Shown here one piece after another: positions 25,131 through 37,359 of a stretch of DNA of 64,000 nt. The position numbers and the translations under genes were made by a program. The stretch covers positions 95,356,001-95,420,000 of the forward strand of contig NC_043002.1 of assembly GCF_006345805.1 (NCBI RefSeq). The letters run 5' to 3'. This DNA comes from Octopus sinensis. Lineage: Eukaryota. Every line of letters starts with the position of its first letter. Position 1 is the stretch's first letter. The notes under the pieces were generated by a model. The model was not told the DNA's origin. It searched no databases and was given only the letters and a program-made list of their open reading frames with translations.

Positions 25131-26214
25131 ATGTAAGCCTCTGTATTTCTGACAGATCTACTAAATACTTCATGTTCATATGGTAATTCTAAGGAGAATA
25201 AAGAGGAATAGTTTCCTGATGCCATATCAAGGTGCAAAGAAGAATAAGAGCTCATCGCTGCAAATTTAGGAATCACTAAATAACATGCCTACTGCTTACA
25301 GAAGAATGCTGTAACATCTTATGTTGAATCTTTAATGGTTAAATGACTGTGTCATAGGTACAATGTCATGCTAGTGACAGTATGTACCTGTTCCTTCTCC
25401 TCTAGATCCTCAACTCTTGATAGAGTTGTAGGGCTGTTGTCATAAAAGACAGCATGTCTTTGACATTTTAAACCTGACTGAGCCTGTCCATCACCCCCAG
25501 ACCTGGTCATTCCAATTTCTTTTAGATAAAGAGGGAGAGAAGAATCAACTCCAATACTCTACTGTACCACGAAAAGGTGAAAGATAAAGTTGATCTATGC
25601 AGGATTAGAACTCAGAGTGCAGAGAGCTGTAATGTCAATAATTAAAATATTATATAGCAGACCAGCTGACAAAGACACCTTTTATTCTATAATCTGATTA
25701 TTTATAAATCAACTATAAAACAAACAGTAAGTTACAAACAATGTCCTCAAATATATCAGTGTTCTGATATTCTAGAGTAAAAGAAAACTCTGAAATCTCT
25801 CTAAATATAAACTGCAAAATGTCTGTGTGCGTGTCCTTTATACAAAACCACAATTTTTCAGTTAGAGGGCTCGCACTTTCTATGGTCATTCAAAACCATC
25901 CAAGGGTGGTCATGCACATCTTTGCATTTTCCCAGTCACCCAGCAAAGCCATTAAAAAAATCAATAGAAGTGACTTTTTTGTGAATTTTCTATCCAAAAC
26001 CCAATCAAAATGCCCGAAACTTGATACATCAATTGAATGCCAGCTAGCTGTATGTGATTGGTCGGAGATTTGGACAGTACTCGTGTGTATGTGTGCACGC
26101 ACGCAGCTGTATATGCATGCACTAGAACTATGAACCGGTGTTGCTGGGTCATAGTGCTAGTAAGTAAATAAAAAACTTATACAAAGCTCATTCTAAAATG
26201 TATTTGTTGTTGTT

Positions 26215-26672
26215 ACACTGGGCAAAATGCTAAGCAGGGTTTTATCAGTCTCTATGTTCTGAGTTCAAATTCTGGTGAGGCTGACTTTGCCTTTCATCAT
26301 TTTAGGGTCCAAAGAATAAGTACCAGTTGGACACTGGGGTTGATGTAATCAACTATTCCCTTCCTCCTAAATTGCTGGCCTTGTCCCAAAATTTGGAGCC
26401 TTTATTATTATTATTATTATTATTATTATATTATTATTAAAGGCGGCGAGCTGGCAGAAACGTTAGCGCGCAGGGCGAAATGCTTAGCGGTATTTCGTCT
26501 GTCGTTACGTTCTGAGTTCGAATTCCACCGAGGTTGACTTTGTCTTTCATCCTTTCAGGGTCGATAAATAAAGTACCAGTTTCGCACTGAGGTCGATGTA
26601 ATCGACTTAATCCCTTTGTCTGTCCTTGTTTGTCCCCTCTATGTTTAGCCCTTTGTGGGTAGTAAAGAAATA

Positions 26673-26715
<43 letters not shown>

Positions 26716-26935
26716 GGTGGAAAGCTGGCAGAATCATTAGCATGCCAGGCAAAATAATTAGCAGCATTTCAACCATCTTTACATTCTGAGTTCAAATTCC
26801 ACCTAGGTTGACTTTGCTTTCATTCTTTGGGGGAGTGGGGTGATAAATTAAGTACCAGTGTTTCACTGGGATCAATATAATTGACTAGTCCCCTCCCCAC
26901 AAATTTCAGGCCTTGTTCCTTTAGTAGAAAGAATT
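26215..26935 (+). mobile_element. Three tandem SINE family B copies separated by (TTA)n
   Basis: Copies at ~26215-26400, 26440-26672 and 26715-26935, each with GAGTTC(A/G)AATTC and CTTTCAT(C/T)C...AAGTACCAG. Confidence 0.85.
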
Positions 26936-26948
26936 ATAATTCTTATTA

Positions 26949-29365
26949 TCCGTGGAGGTTGGAAGACAACTGGAAGTTTCTAAGGGACAACCTGCTGAGG
27001 GCCATTGACCAAACCTGTGGATGGTGCAAAGTCCCCTCTCGACCCAAGGTAATGTGGCGGTGAAACAATGTTGTTGACAGGGCTATTAGAAAAAAGAAAC
27101 AGGCTTGGAAGGATGAAGAACAGTAGTAGCAGGGAATTGTATCAGACTGCCAGAAGGGAAGCTAGGAGACAGGTTTATTTAGCCAGAGGGGAGCAGATAA
27201 AAAAAAATTGACCAATGTTCTGTGTCATGAGGACCAAAGACTTGAGGTATTCGTGTTGCAAGACAGTGTGTGAGAGAGAATCGGGATGTTGTAGGAGAGA
27301 AATGTATCCGCATGGATGATGGTTCCCTTGCACTAAACGAGTCTGCGAAGAGAGAGGTTTGGAGACGCCACTATGAAAGGTTACTCAATAAAGAGAGTGA
27401 ATAGGAGAAAGAGAGTCTGCCAAATTAAGAGTATGAAGACAGGGAAAAACTCCCGTCCTATCAGGAATCACCACAGAGATGCTCAAAATATCTGGCGGTG
27501 TTGGCTATAGCCTAGTCACCCATATAGTAACCAGGTGATACATGAAGGAGTCATACCCAATGATTGGCATAGCAGCACCATAGTCAACTGCTACAAAGGT
27601 AAAGGTGATGCATTAGATACAAATAATTACAGAGGTACCAAGTCATTAGATCAGGTAATGAAGGTCATGGAGAGGGTCATGGCCCAACTAATTAGGGAGA
27701 GAGTCAGTTTAGATGAGATGCAGTTTGGATTCATGCCAGGGAAAAGTACCACTGAAGCTATTTTTCTGGTAAGACAGCTGCAGGAGAAATACAAAGCTGT
27801 ACCTGGCTTTCGTTGACATGGAGAAAGATTTGACAGGGTCCCCCGATCCCTTATCTGGTGGTCAAAGAGGAAACTAGGAATAGATGAATGGTTAGTGAGA
27901 GCTGTGCTAGCCATGTACAGGGATGCTGTCAGTAAGGTGAGGGTTGGCAACAAGTAGAGTGAAGAATTGAGGGTAGAGGTAGGGGTCCACCAAGGTTCAA
28001 TCCTCAGCCCCCTCCTATTTATCATAGTCCTTCAGGCAATAACAGAGGAATTTCAGACAGGATGCCCCTGGGAGCTCCTCTATGCTGATGACCTTGCTCT
28101 AATTGCTGAGTCACTATCAGAACTAGAGAAGAAGTTTCAGGTATGGAAGCAAGGATTAGAATCGAAGGGCCTTAGAGTCAACCTAGCTAAAACCAAAGTC
28201 CTAATAAGCAGGAAGGTAGACAAATCACAAATCCCTTCAGGTAGATGGCTCTGCTCGATCTGTAGAAAAGGCATAGGTAGAAACTCTATAAGATGTTCCC
28301 AGTGTAAGCTATTGACACATAAGAGGTGCAGTAATATCAAAGGAAGGCTAACTAGGAAGATAGCTTTTGTATGTGGCAGATGCTCAGGAGCAATAAACAC
28401 TGAAAATGCACAGAGAACAACTTCTTCCACATTCCAGAGAGAAAAACTAAATGTGTAATGTCAGTGTGCATACTCAACAGAGTGTAAGTGCCTTGAGAGA
28501 AAAGTTGGACCTAAGAAGCATCAGATGTGGTGTGCAAGAGAGACGACTGTGCTGGTATGGTCATGTGGCGAGAATGGATGCGGATAGCTGTGTGAAAAAG
28601 TGTCACACCCTAACGGTTAAGGGAACCTGTGGAAGAGGTAGACCCAGGAAGACCTGGGATGAAGTGGTGAAGCACGACCTTTGAAAATTGGGCCTCACCA
28701 AAGCAGTGACTAGTGACTGAGACCTTTGGAAATATGCTGTGCTTGAGAAGACCCAGCAAGCCAGGTGAGACCATAACCCATGAGCTATGCCAGTGGTGTA
28801 ACCAGTTCCCTTATGCGTGCCTTTCCTTCATTGGACACTAAACTCTGCTTGTGAAGACCTGTTGAGGCAAGTGAAATCGAAATAAAATTCGATGACAGCA
28901 CCGCTTGACTAGCATTCGTGCTAGTGGAGCGCTAAGAGCACCATCCGAGTATAATCATTGCCAGAGACACTGACTGGCTCCCATGCTGGTGGCATGTAAA
29001 AAGCACCATTCGAGCATGATTGTTACCAGCATTGCCTAACTGGCACTTGGTGGCATGTGAAAGACAACATTTGAGGGAGGTCATTGCCAGAGCCACTGGA
29101 CTGGCTCCTGTACAGGTAGCATGTAAAAAACACCATTTGAGCGTGGCTGTTGCCAGTACCACCTGACTGGCCTTCATGCTGGTGGCACGTAAAAGCACCC
29201 ACTACACTCTAGGAGTGGTTGGCGTTAGGAAGATCATCCAGCTGCAGAGACTCTGCCAGATCAGATTGGAGCCTGGTGCAGCCATCTGGCTCGCCAGTTC
29301 TCAGTGAAACCGTCCAACCCATGCCAGCATGGAAAGCAGGCGTTAAACGATGATAATGATGATGA
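26949..29365 (+). mobile_element. 5'-truncated, decayed RTE-clade LINE
   Basis: RT motifs VNCYKGKGD, MQFGFMPG, GVHQGSILSPLLF, LYADDL; Cys-rich insert; WYGHV..M...GRGRPRKTW; internal ~270-nt deletion at ~28455; 3' UTR tandem array; (GAT)n tail. Confidence 0.9.
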
Positions 29366-29384
29366 ATAGTCCCTGACCTGAATG

Positions 29385-30150
29385 TCCTTAGACAAACTGG
29401 CTGGTTTAGTCCAAAGGATTTTCAGTGTTGGGGACTACTGTGAATAACTTCCAAAAATCCTTAGCAGTGCTCCTGAGGGGGCACAATCACTTCAAGATAA
29501 ACTCTACAGGTGCATAAATGCAGCTAAGTAGGACTATCCAAGATGCACACCAAGTTAATGAAACTACACTGCATGTATTCATGCAGTTCCCATCTGTTGT
29601 CATATGTAAAACAAATTTGGCTGTGGGCTAAGTCCATCATGAGACCATGAGGGTCAGCCATTAGCTACCTTTAACAAAGCAATGTAGGAAGTATTACTCT
29701 GTATTATAAAAGAAGTGTGCAAGACAAGGGTGAAAAGATTGAGGACAGACTCTTTCCTCTTTGGTCAAACCATCATTAACGTTTCTGAGTTCCACTTGGA
29801 ACAGAAAGTAAGAGCGGATAGTGAGGCACTTTCTCCTCAGCAAATTTGTTAAACAGTGGGTGACTAACAAAAATTATTAAGATGAATGGAAGTATGTACA
29901 TATAAATTGAAGAAAAACAATTGGGTGAAGGCTCAGGCTCTTTGTGGTCAAGGTGAGACTGACTGTGTGGGGTTCTTTAATTGGTCATAGTTGGAGGTTC
30001 TTCTGCATGAGGACGTTGTCACATATTTTGTATACTGTGTATACTTTTTAGCTCATCTTTTTCCCTCCCCTGCTCTTTTCTTCTTAACTTTTTTATGTAA
30101 ACTGTCCTTATAATGTCCATTTCAATAGATGGCCTCGTGGCAAATTAACA
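29385..30150 (+). mobile_element. Tx1/L1-clade LINE 3' remnant
   Basis: Decayed translation NNFQKSLA...QDKLYR...ETTLHVF...EFHLEQKVR, similar to the copy at 50290-51330. Confidence 0.55.
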
Positions 30151-30312
30151 AATATATTATTATTATTATTATTATTATTATTGAGTGAGAGAGCAGTGCA
30201 TGCTATCAAAGTGACATTGGGGTAAAATATATGAAGCTCAGTATACCCATCATGACTACCCGTCTGATAAAGGTACACTAGGCACATGCATCACAACCAT
30301 ATGTGCGCGACA

Positions 30313-30356
<44 letters not shown>

Positions 30357-30419
30357 TATTATTATTATTATTATTATTAAGGTAGCAAGCTAGCAGAATC
30401 ATGAACACCCCAGACAAGA

Positions 30420-30765
30420 TGCTGAACAGTATGTTGTACCTCTGAATAAGGGTTGTTTAAGGATGATGAATGAAACACCCATGTTTTCAGAGGTTAATTA
30501 TTCTAACACAAAAGAATTCCACTCAACACATGGCTATGATGCTCCCCTGCTACTTCTGCTCATGATCAACGATGCACATATTGTCAATCACAAAGGAACA
30601 TGTTCAACTGGTTAAGGTCAAGCAACTGACAAGCAAATCTGTGGTATTGAGCAGAATATTTACTGTAACCCATCTTTTACACCAAGACAAACCTGCACAT
30701 GATAACATTTCCAATCAGTTAAGATCAGAAGCCATGAGACCCATTGCCTGGTACTGCATCAGTGC
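30420..30765 (+). mobile_element. SINE-like family C with an (ATT)n tail
   Basis: Aligns with the reverse complement of 37080-37358 (GGCTATGATGCTCCC...GATCAGAAGCCATGAGA). Confidence 0.6.
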
Positions 30766-30806
30766 ATTTATTATTATGATTATTATTATTATTACTATTA
30801 TTATTA

Positions 30807-30855
<49 letters not shown>

Positions 30856-30868
30856 TACTACTATTATT

Positions 30869-30910
<42 letters not shown>

Positions 30911-30920
30911 TTATTATTAT
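30765..30920. repeat. (ATT)n microsatellite
   Basis: Direct reading; source of the poly-Ile ORF 30572-30937. Confidence 0.95.
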
Positions 30921-31654
30921 TTCATACTGGAAATTAAACTAGATAATTAATTTAATAACTTTAAAACTGCTATTATCCAAACGTTAAGCTACATTTCCTG
31001 TACGTGAAGAGATGAAATTATTGCATGAGTGAAGTATGGGAGAAGAAGGAAGGGCACATAGGGAATATTGTTCTGTAAATTACTATATTTCTCTCATCCT
31101 TTCCTCTTCTTCCTTTCTCTCAACAAACCTATTTCTGACCTTTCACAGCAATCAAATCATTCATATTTCAACAAGGTCAAAAATATAGTTTATAATTTTA
31201 AAGACTGATTCATGTTATGCAATTACCAATAAAGTTTTAACATGGTGCTCTCTCTAAGGACTCTGAAATAGTTAATCACCTAGTTTTTCACAAATCAACT
31301 TCCATCTGTTTTGTTTATCTTGCTTTAATTCTGTGGAGAATTTCTTTCTAGAGCTCTTCATTATTTATTCAATTTATCTATTTATTTATTATTTTTTTTT
31401 TTACTACATCAGATCAAGTTCCTCATAGATGACATATCATAACCCCACCTCTCTTTCTCTCTCAATCTTTAACAGTTACATACACACACACACACAAGAC
31501 CACTGATTGAACATGTCAGGAGCTATATACTTCAAGAGAAGCCATGTAATTTCTGATCAAAACCCTTAAGTGTGAACCAATTTCAGTAAACTACATTCTG
31601 CACCATTCAGATTAAGATTATATTGCTATTAATGAAAATGATCAGAACTCTCTT

Positions 31655-31707
<53 letters not shown>

Positions 31708-32090
31708 CATGCAAAAGGAAGCATGCATGCACTTATGTATGTATGTATGTATGTATATACGTGTATTCAGACTTAGACCTGGTCAAAATCTAACTTGGAC
31801 TCAACTGAAACTAGTGCTAGTCAACATCCTTTGGGATTTAACATCACAATACGGTAGATAAAATGAATACCAATACCAGTAATGTACAAAAGATATTACT
31901 ATCGACTGTGTGTACAGAAACTGGTCATGAACCCAAGTGAGAAATCAATATTCATTGAATGAATGGCAGTGAGGGAGGAATCATTTAATAAGCAGCAAAT
32001 TAGGTTCAATCTTCAAAATAGATTTTATTCACTAACACACAATATTACACACACACATAGATTATACACACATATGTAAGCACAAAAAGA

Positions 32091-32122
<32 letters not shown>

Positions 32123-32202
32123 ATTTGTCTCTCTCCCGTTGATGCAGACTCACAGTTAACCACACATAAATTATAGGCACGTGGCTAATTGAATATACAC
32201 AG

Positions 32203-32388
32203 ATAGGTGCAGGAGTAGCTGTGTGGTAAGTAGCTTGCTTACCAACCACATGGTTCCGGGTTCAGTCCCACTGTGTGGCACCATGGGCAAGTTTCTTCTA
32301 CTATAGCCTCGGACCGACCAAAGCCTTGTGAGTGGATTTGGCAGACGGAAACTGGAAGAAGCCCGTTGTATATATGTATATATATATA

Positions 32389-32432
<44 letters not shown>

Positions 32433-32650
32433 GTATGTGTGTATATGTTTGTGTGTCTGTGTTTGCCCCCCACCATTGCTTGACAATGGATGGTGGTGTG
32501 TTTACATCCCTGTAACTTAGCGGTTCAGCAAAAGGGACTGATAGAATAAGTACTAGGCTTACAAAGAATAAGTCCTGGGGTCGATTTACTCAACTAAAGG
32601 CGGTGCTCCAGTATGGCCACAGTCAAATGATTGAAACAAGTAAAAGAGTA
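32203..32650 (+). mobile_element. SINE family A, near full length
   Basis: Aligns end to end with 8716-9123. Confidence 0.85.
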
Positions 32651-33057
32651 AAGGTATATGTACAACTATACAGACACACACAGATACAAATATACACATG
32701 TGTATGGCTACAGAGGCACTCATATACATAAAATTAAATGTGTATAAATACGCACACATAAGCTCACATCATGTGAAACTACAAACACCCATCTAACCAC
32801 ACATACCCAGACATGTGTACAACTAGAGGGACTCGTATACACAAAAAATACACTTAAACAAATAGACAAACATCCACTCACACACACAAACATTTACAAG
32901 TATTCAGTGTGAGGTACTGTAACAGCATACAGACCCATTACCTTCATATGTACATCCTTAAATATTGTACAAACACTAATCCATTCATACACATATACCC
33001 TTCTAAATCCCAACAAGGTTTTAGATCTCTACATTGAATCACCATGCTGCTCACAAA

Positions 33058-33283
33058 CCTATTTCTTTACTACCCACAAGGGGCTAAACACAGAGAGGAC
33101 AAACAAACGGATTAAGTCGATTATATCGACCCCAGTGCGTAACTGGTACTTAATTTATCGACCCCGAAAGGACGAAAGGCAAAGTCAACCTCGGCGGAAT
33201 TTGAACTCAGAATGTAACAGCAGACGAAAAACGGCTACGTATTTCGCCCGGCGTGCTAACGTGTCTGCCAGCTCGCCGCCTTA
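33058..33283 (-). mobile_element. SINE family B
   Basis: Reverse complement closely matches 26440-26672. Confidence 0.85.
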
Positions 33284-33299
33284 GAGAATACCTTATGGT

Positions 33300-33700
33300 T
33301 CCAACACCCAAAACACAAAAAAAACAAATCTAGTATGTTCTGTTCTAATTACCATCAATGTCAATAAAGTCTTCATCTCCATTCCCTGCTGCTCACTTAA
33401 ACAAAAATTACTCAGCACCACCTTAAGATACAACACAAAACACTAGATAGTAGTATACAAAAGCATTTTCCAGAACCTGCAATTGTCAGAATTGAGTACC
33501 ACAGGGATTCATCCTCTCAAAACTACTTACAACCACAGATGACAGAATATCGCGTACATCTGTGATTCTGAAATACCACCCCTTCCATAGTCCCCTTAGT
33601 TGTTAGAACACACAGAAAGTGTAGGATAAGTGACAGTAGTCATGGTTCTTTGATTGTCTGCACAGCTGGGCCCACCATTACCAATGCGATCCTTTGAAAA
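33300..33700 (+). pseudogene. Possible Penelope-like RT/GIY-YIG linker remnant
   Basis: Decayed reading KSIFPEPAIV...HRDSS resembles the PLE IFPxPPIVxYRRD motif; heavily degraded. Confidence 0.3.
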
Positions 33701-36700
33701 TGACTGATAAAAAGCCAAAGTGGGGATATTTCATTTGTCCACTGTTGAGAACCTGACTGTCAGTTCTATACTTAACTAACTCCATAGATATAGCTTGAAA
33801 TTATTCCTATATCATGCTTGGTTAAACCACAGTATAATAAGGCCTACATCAATAATCCAGTGCAAGTTGCTTAATTAATAAAATATCAAAATGAAAGTTT
33901 ATGATGCAGATTCTCTTTAATCACTTTACAAATATAACTGTCGTGAATTAATACATGCTCAGCTTGAAACACATTTATCTTACCAAACTTCAAATATAAC
34001 ATCTTTATTTCATCAATTTCTATGTAAATATCCAAATTAATAGAACCAACCAAATTCTAATACATTTCTAGCACATTTCTAATACAAAAAGGAATGATAA
34101 ATCTTAAAACAATGTTATCCTTTTCATTTAATTATTCCCTTTTCTATTATCAGTTTGAGATTAAACTATTTTGCTTTGTGTTTTTTTTTCAACCTGGCCA
34201 TAACATCTAACAAGGACTTTCAACGAATTAAATGAATTACAAGAAAGTAGATGGTTTATCAAAGAATATAACTCAGTTAACAAGCTTATAAAAATCTTCC
34301 TCATCAGATAAATATGTTATTTATAATCATAGTCCCTACTGAAAGCATTTTAATCTCATCTTCCCCTTTGATATTTTTATTTGAACAAAAAGGATTTGTA
34401 TACATACAGATACAAGCATAGCAGTGAGGTTAAAAAGTTCACTTTATAACCCTATGTTTCTATGTTCAATCCTATTGTGCAGCACCTTGGACAAACCACA
34501 CAAAAATATTGAGGTATGTTCTCAAGGTCATTAATAGCAAGAGAAATCATTACTTAATTATAATAGATTTAAATTGGAAAAAACCTCTCAGATGTTTACA
34601 TCAAATATCTAAGATAAAGCACAAGAACCAGGGATATTGGATTCTTCACGCTTCATAATAATTGAGCTTACTAAATTATTCTATTGATTAATTATTGCTG
34701 ATGCACATCATCAGTAATTTCTTGCATTCCAGAGTGAAATGGTTCCAACAAGGATTAAGCAAAAAGCTCCTATAATCTTAAAGGAAAGATGATCATACAT
34801 CTTGAAGGGAAGAGAAGAGATACTGAGGTCATGAACAACACATATATTTGATGAGGATTTTTGTAATCTTGTTAACCAGGTCATATTCTTTGACAAACCA
34901 TCTATTTTCTTGTAAATCTCTTATTTTGTTGAAAGCCCTTGTTAGATATTGTGGCCAGGCTGCAAGAAAACAGCTTAACCTCAAACTGGTAAAAAAGGAA
35001 AATAATTGCAGGAAAATGATAATATTGTTTTTAGATTTGTTCTTTTCTGTGTTAGAATTTGGTTTGCTATATTAATCTGGTTATTTACATAGAAATGATT
35101 CAGAGAAATTAATGAAATAAATTGAGGTGTTCATGCTTTTCTGGAAGATATTAGCAGCATGGATAAAGTATAATGGCATCATCCAGAGATTGAAACTATA
35201 TTCTAGTTTCCACTTACCAAGAGTTTACTAGAATTTATCATTTGTTCAATTATGCCATCCTCAGTACTTCACTGGTATCTGATTTTATTGACAACGGAAG
35301 GATGAAAAGCAAAGTTCACCTTGACAAGAATTGAATTCAGAATGTAGAATGGTAGTTAAATTCCACATTTTGTTCACTACACTACTCATACCGCCATGCC
35401 ACAGCCACCATTTTTCCGACAGATTCTGCTAACCTACCTCTTTTAACATCTCTCACACATGCTCTTTCTAACTCTAAGAGCATCTCTCACTCTCTTTCTC
35501 TCCTCTCATACACACACAGCTCCTCAGTCTCTCCTTTTTGAAATATAAAATGTCAATTAAGGAAAGAGATTAAGGTAAATTATTACTACTTTTTTTTTCT
35601 CCATCAATCATCAAACATATTCAATTTAACTTTACTTTCACAGCCAGCAAAAATGAAGAGAATGTGATAAAATGACATATTTCATACAAGTTTCAGCTAT
35701 GACCGACCATAATAATCAGATCAATGCTACTTTTATTAGCGTGTACAATGAAATGAAATCAAAATTGATGTTAGAATTTATAGATGGGGCAGGTTACAAA
35801 AATCAAGATGAGATATATGGATTCAAAATAAATGTTACATTTGAGCAACAAATTTAATACAATTAACTTTTAAATGCTTATTTTTTAAAAAAGAAATATG
35901 TATATAGCGATTCAGATTGAAGGAAAAATCTAGTGGGAAACAAGAATTGAAATAATATTTCCTCTTTGTAATTGCAGTTATTTTTGGAAGGACATTAACT
36001 AAACTAGAAACATTCAAGAAAATAACTGAATCAAGAGCCATTTCCTAAATGCCTGATTATATTTCCGTCAGCTGGATTTGAGTCATTGCGATCAGTGTTA
36101 GATAACCGCAACCTATAATGCGAAGTTATGATGACCTAAGGAGGGAGAGCTTCTGTGTGATCAGTCAGCATGTAAAATTAAATAGTAGTTAAATGTGCTT
36201 CAAATTAAAGCGTTTTGTCCTGGAGAAGAAAAAAGAAAAATGAATTTTGTAAAGTATTCTTAGATGCTCTTCATCCTCCATGCATCCTTTCCAGGTTTTC
36301 TTAGGTTGTCCAACTTCCTTCTTTCCTTCAGTTTGCCAGTTAACACTTGATTTGCAATGCTGCTTGGAGGTCTCTTTAACACGTGACCAATCCAGCCTAA
36401 TTTCCTTTCCAGAATTTTTTTTTATCAATGAGGGTTTGGTTCGTTCTACACCACAAACTTCTGTTTGAAATTTTGTCCAGCCACCAGATCTTGGGGATGC
36501 AGCACTGACATTTGTTCACAAAGGAAATCAAGGAGGTAGCCCAGGATCACATCCACTGGTATGAAATGGTCACAGCTGTATGCTCCTTGTGGAATAACGT
36601 GGACTGACTATTCTTAGATACCCTTAAAAAGTCAGGATGGCCATGACTTGCTCAGGGTTAATCTGGAGTTAAACAACATGAAATTACTTGCTCAGACACT

Positions 36701-36889
36701 TGTGATGGATTAAGAGAGGAAATATACTGAAGTGCAAAAATTTAAATGTGTAAAGTTTTAATATAAAGGTAAAAACTCAAATAACAAACAAATAAAAATA
36801 GAAAAACAAATTACAGATATAGTATAGTGAGAAAGACAAAAAATTACTACTGCTAATTCTTTCTGTTATAGCCACAAAGCCTAAAAGAG

Positions 36890-37358
36890 GGAAAGATGTC
36901 TATTTGATTACATTGACTCCAGTGCTCAACTGAAACTTATTTCATTGATCCTGAAAGGATGAAAGGCGAAGATGACCTCAGCAGAATTTGAACTCAGAAA
37001 ATAAAGAGAGAAGGAATGCTATTAAACATTTTGTTCATCATGCTAACAATTCAGCCAGCTTATCACCGTTATTACTACTGATACAGTACCAGCCAGTGGC
37101 TCTCATGGCTTCTGATCTTAACTGATTGGAAGTGTTATCATGTACATTGTTTTGTCTTGGTATAAAAGATGGGCTACAGCAAATATTCTGTTCAGTACCA
37201 CAGACTTGCTTGTCAGTTGCTTGACTTTAACCAGTTGAGCATGTCCTTTAGTGGCTGATGATATGTGTATCTCTGATCATGTGCAGAAGTAGTGTGGGAG
37301 CATCATAGCTACGTGTTGAGAGGAATTCTTTCAAGTTCGGATAATTCACCTTTGGAAA
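36890..37358 (-). mobile_element. Adjacent SINE family B (36890-37068) and family C (37080-37358) copies
   Basis: Reverse-complement similarity to 26440-26672 and to 30420-30765. Confidence 0.6.
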
Positions 37359-37359
37359 C

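Noticed and set aside
30572-30937. 121-aa ORF with a poly-Ile hydrophobic stretch
   Set aside because: SINE-like family C plus an (ATT)n tail.
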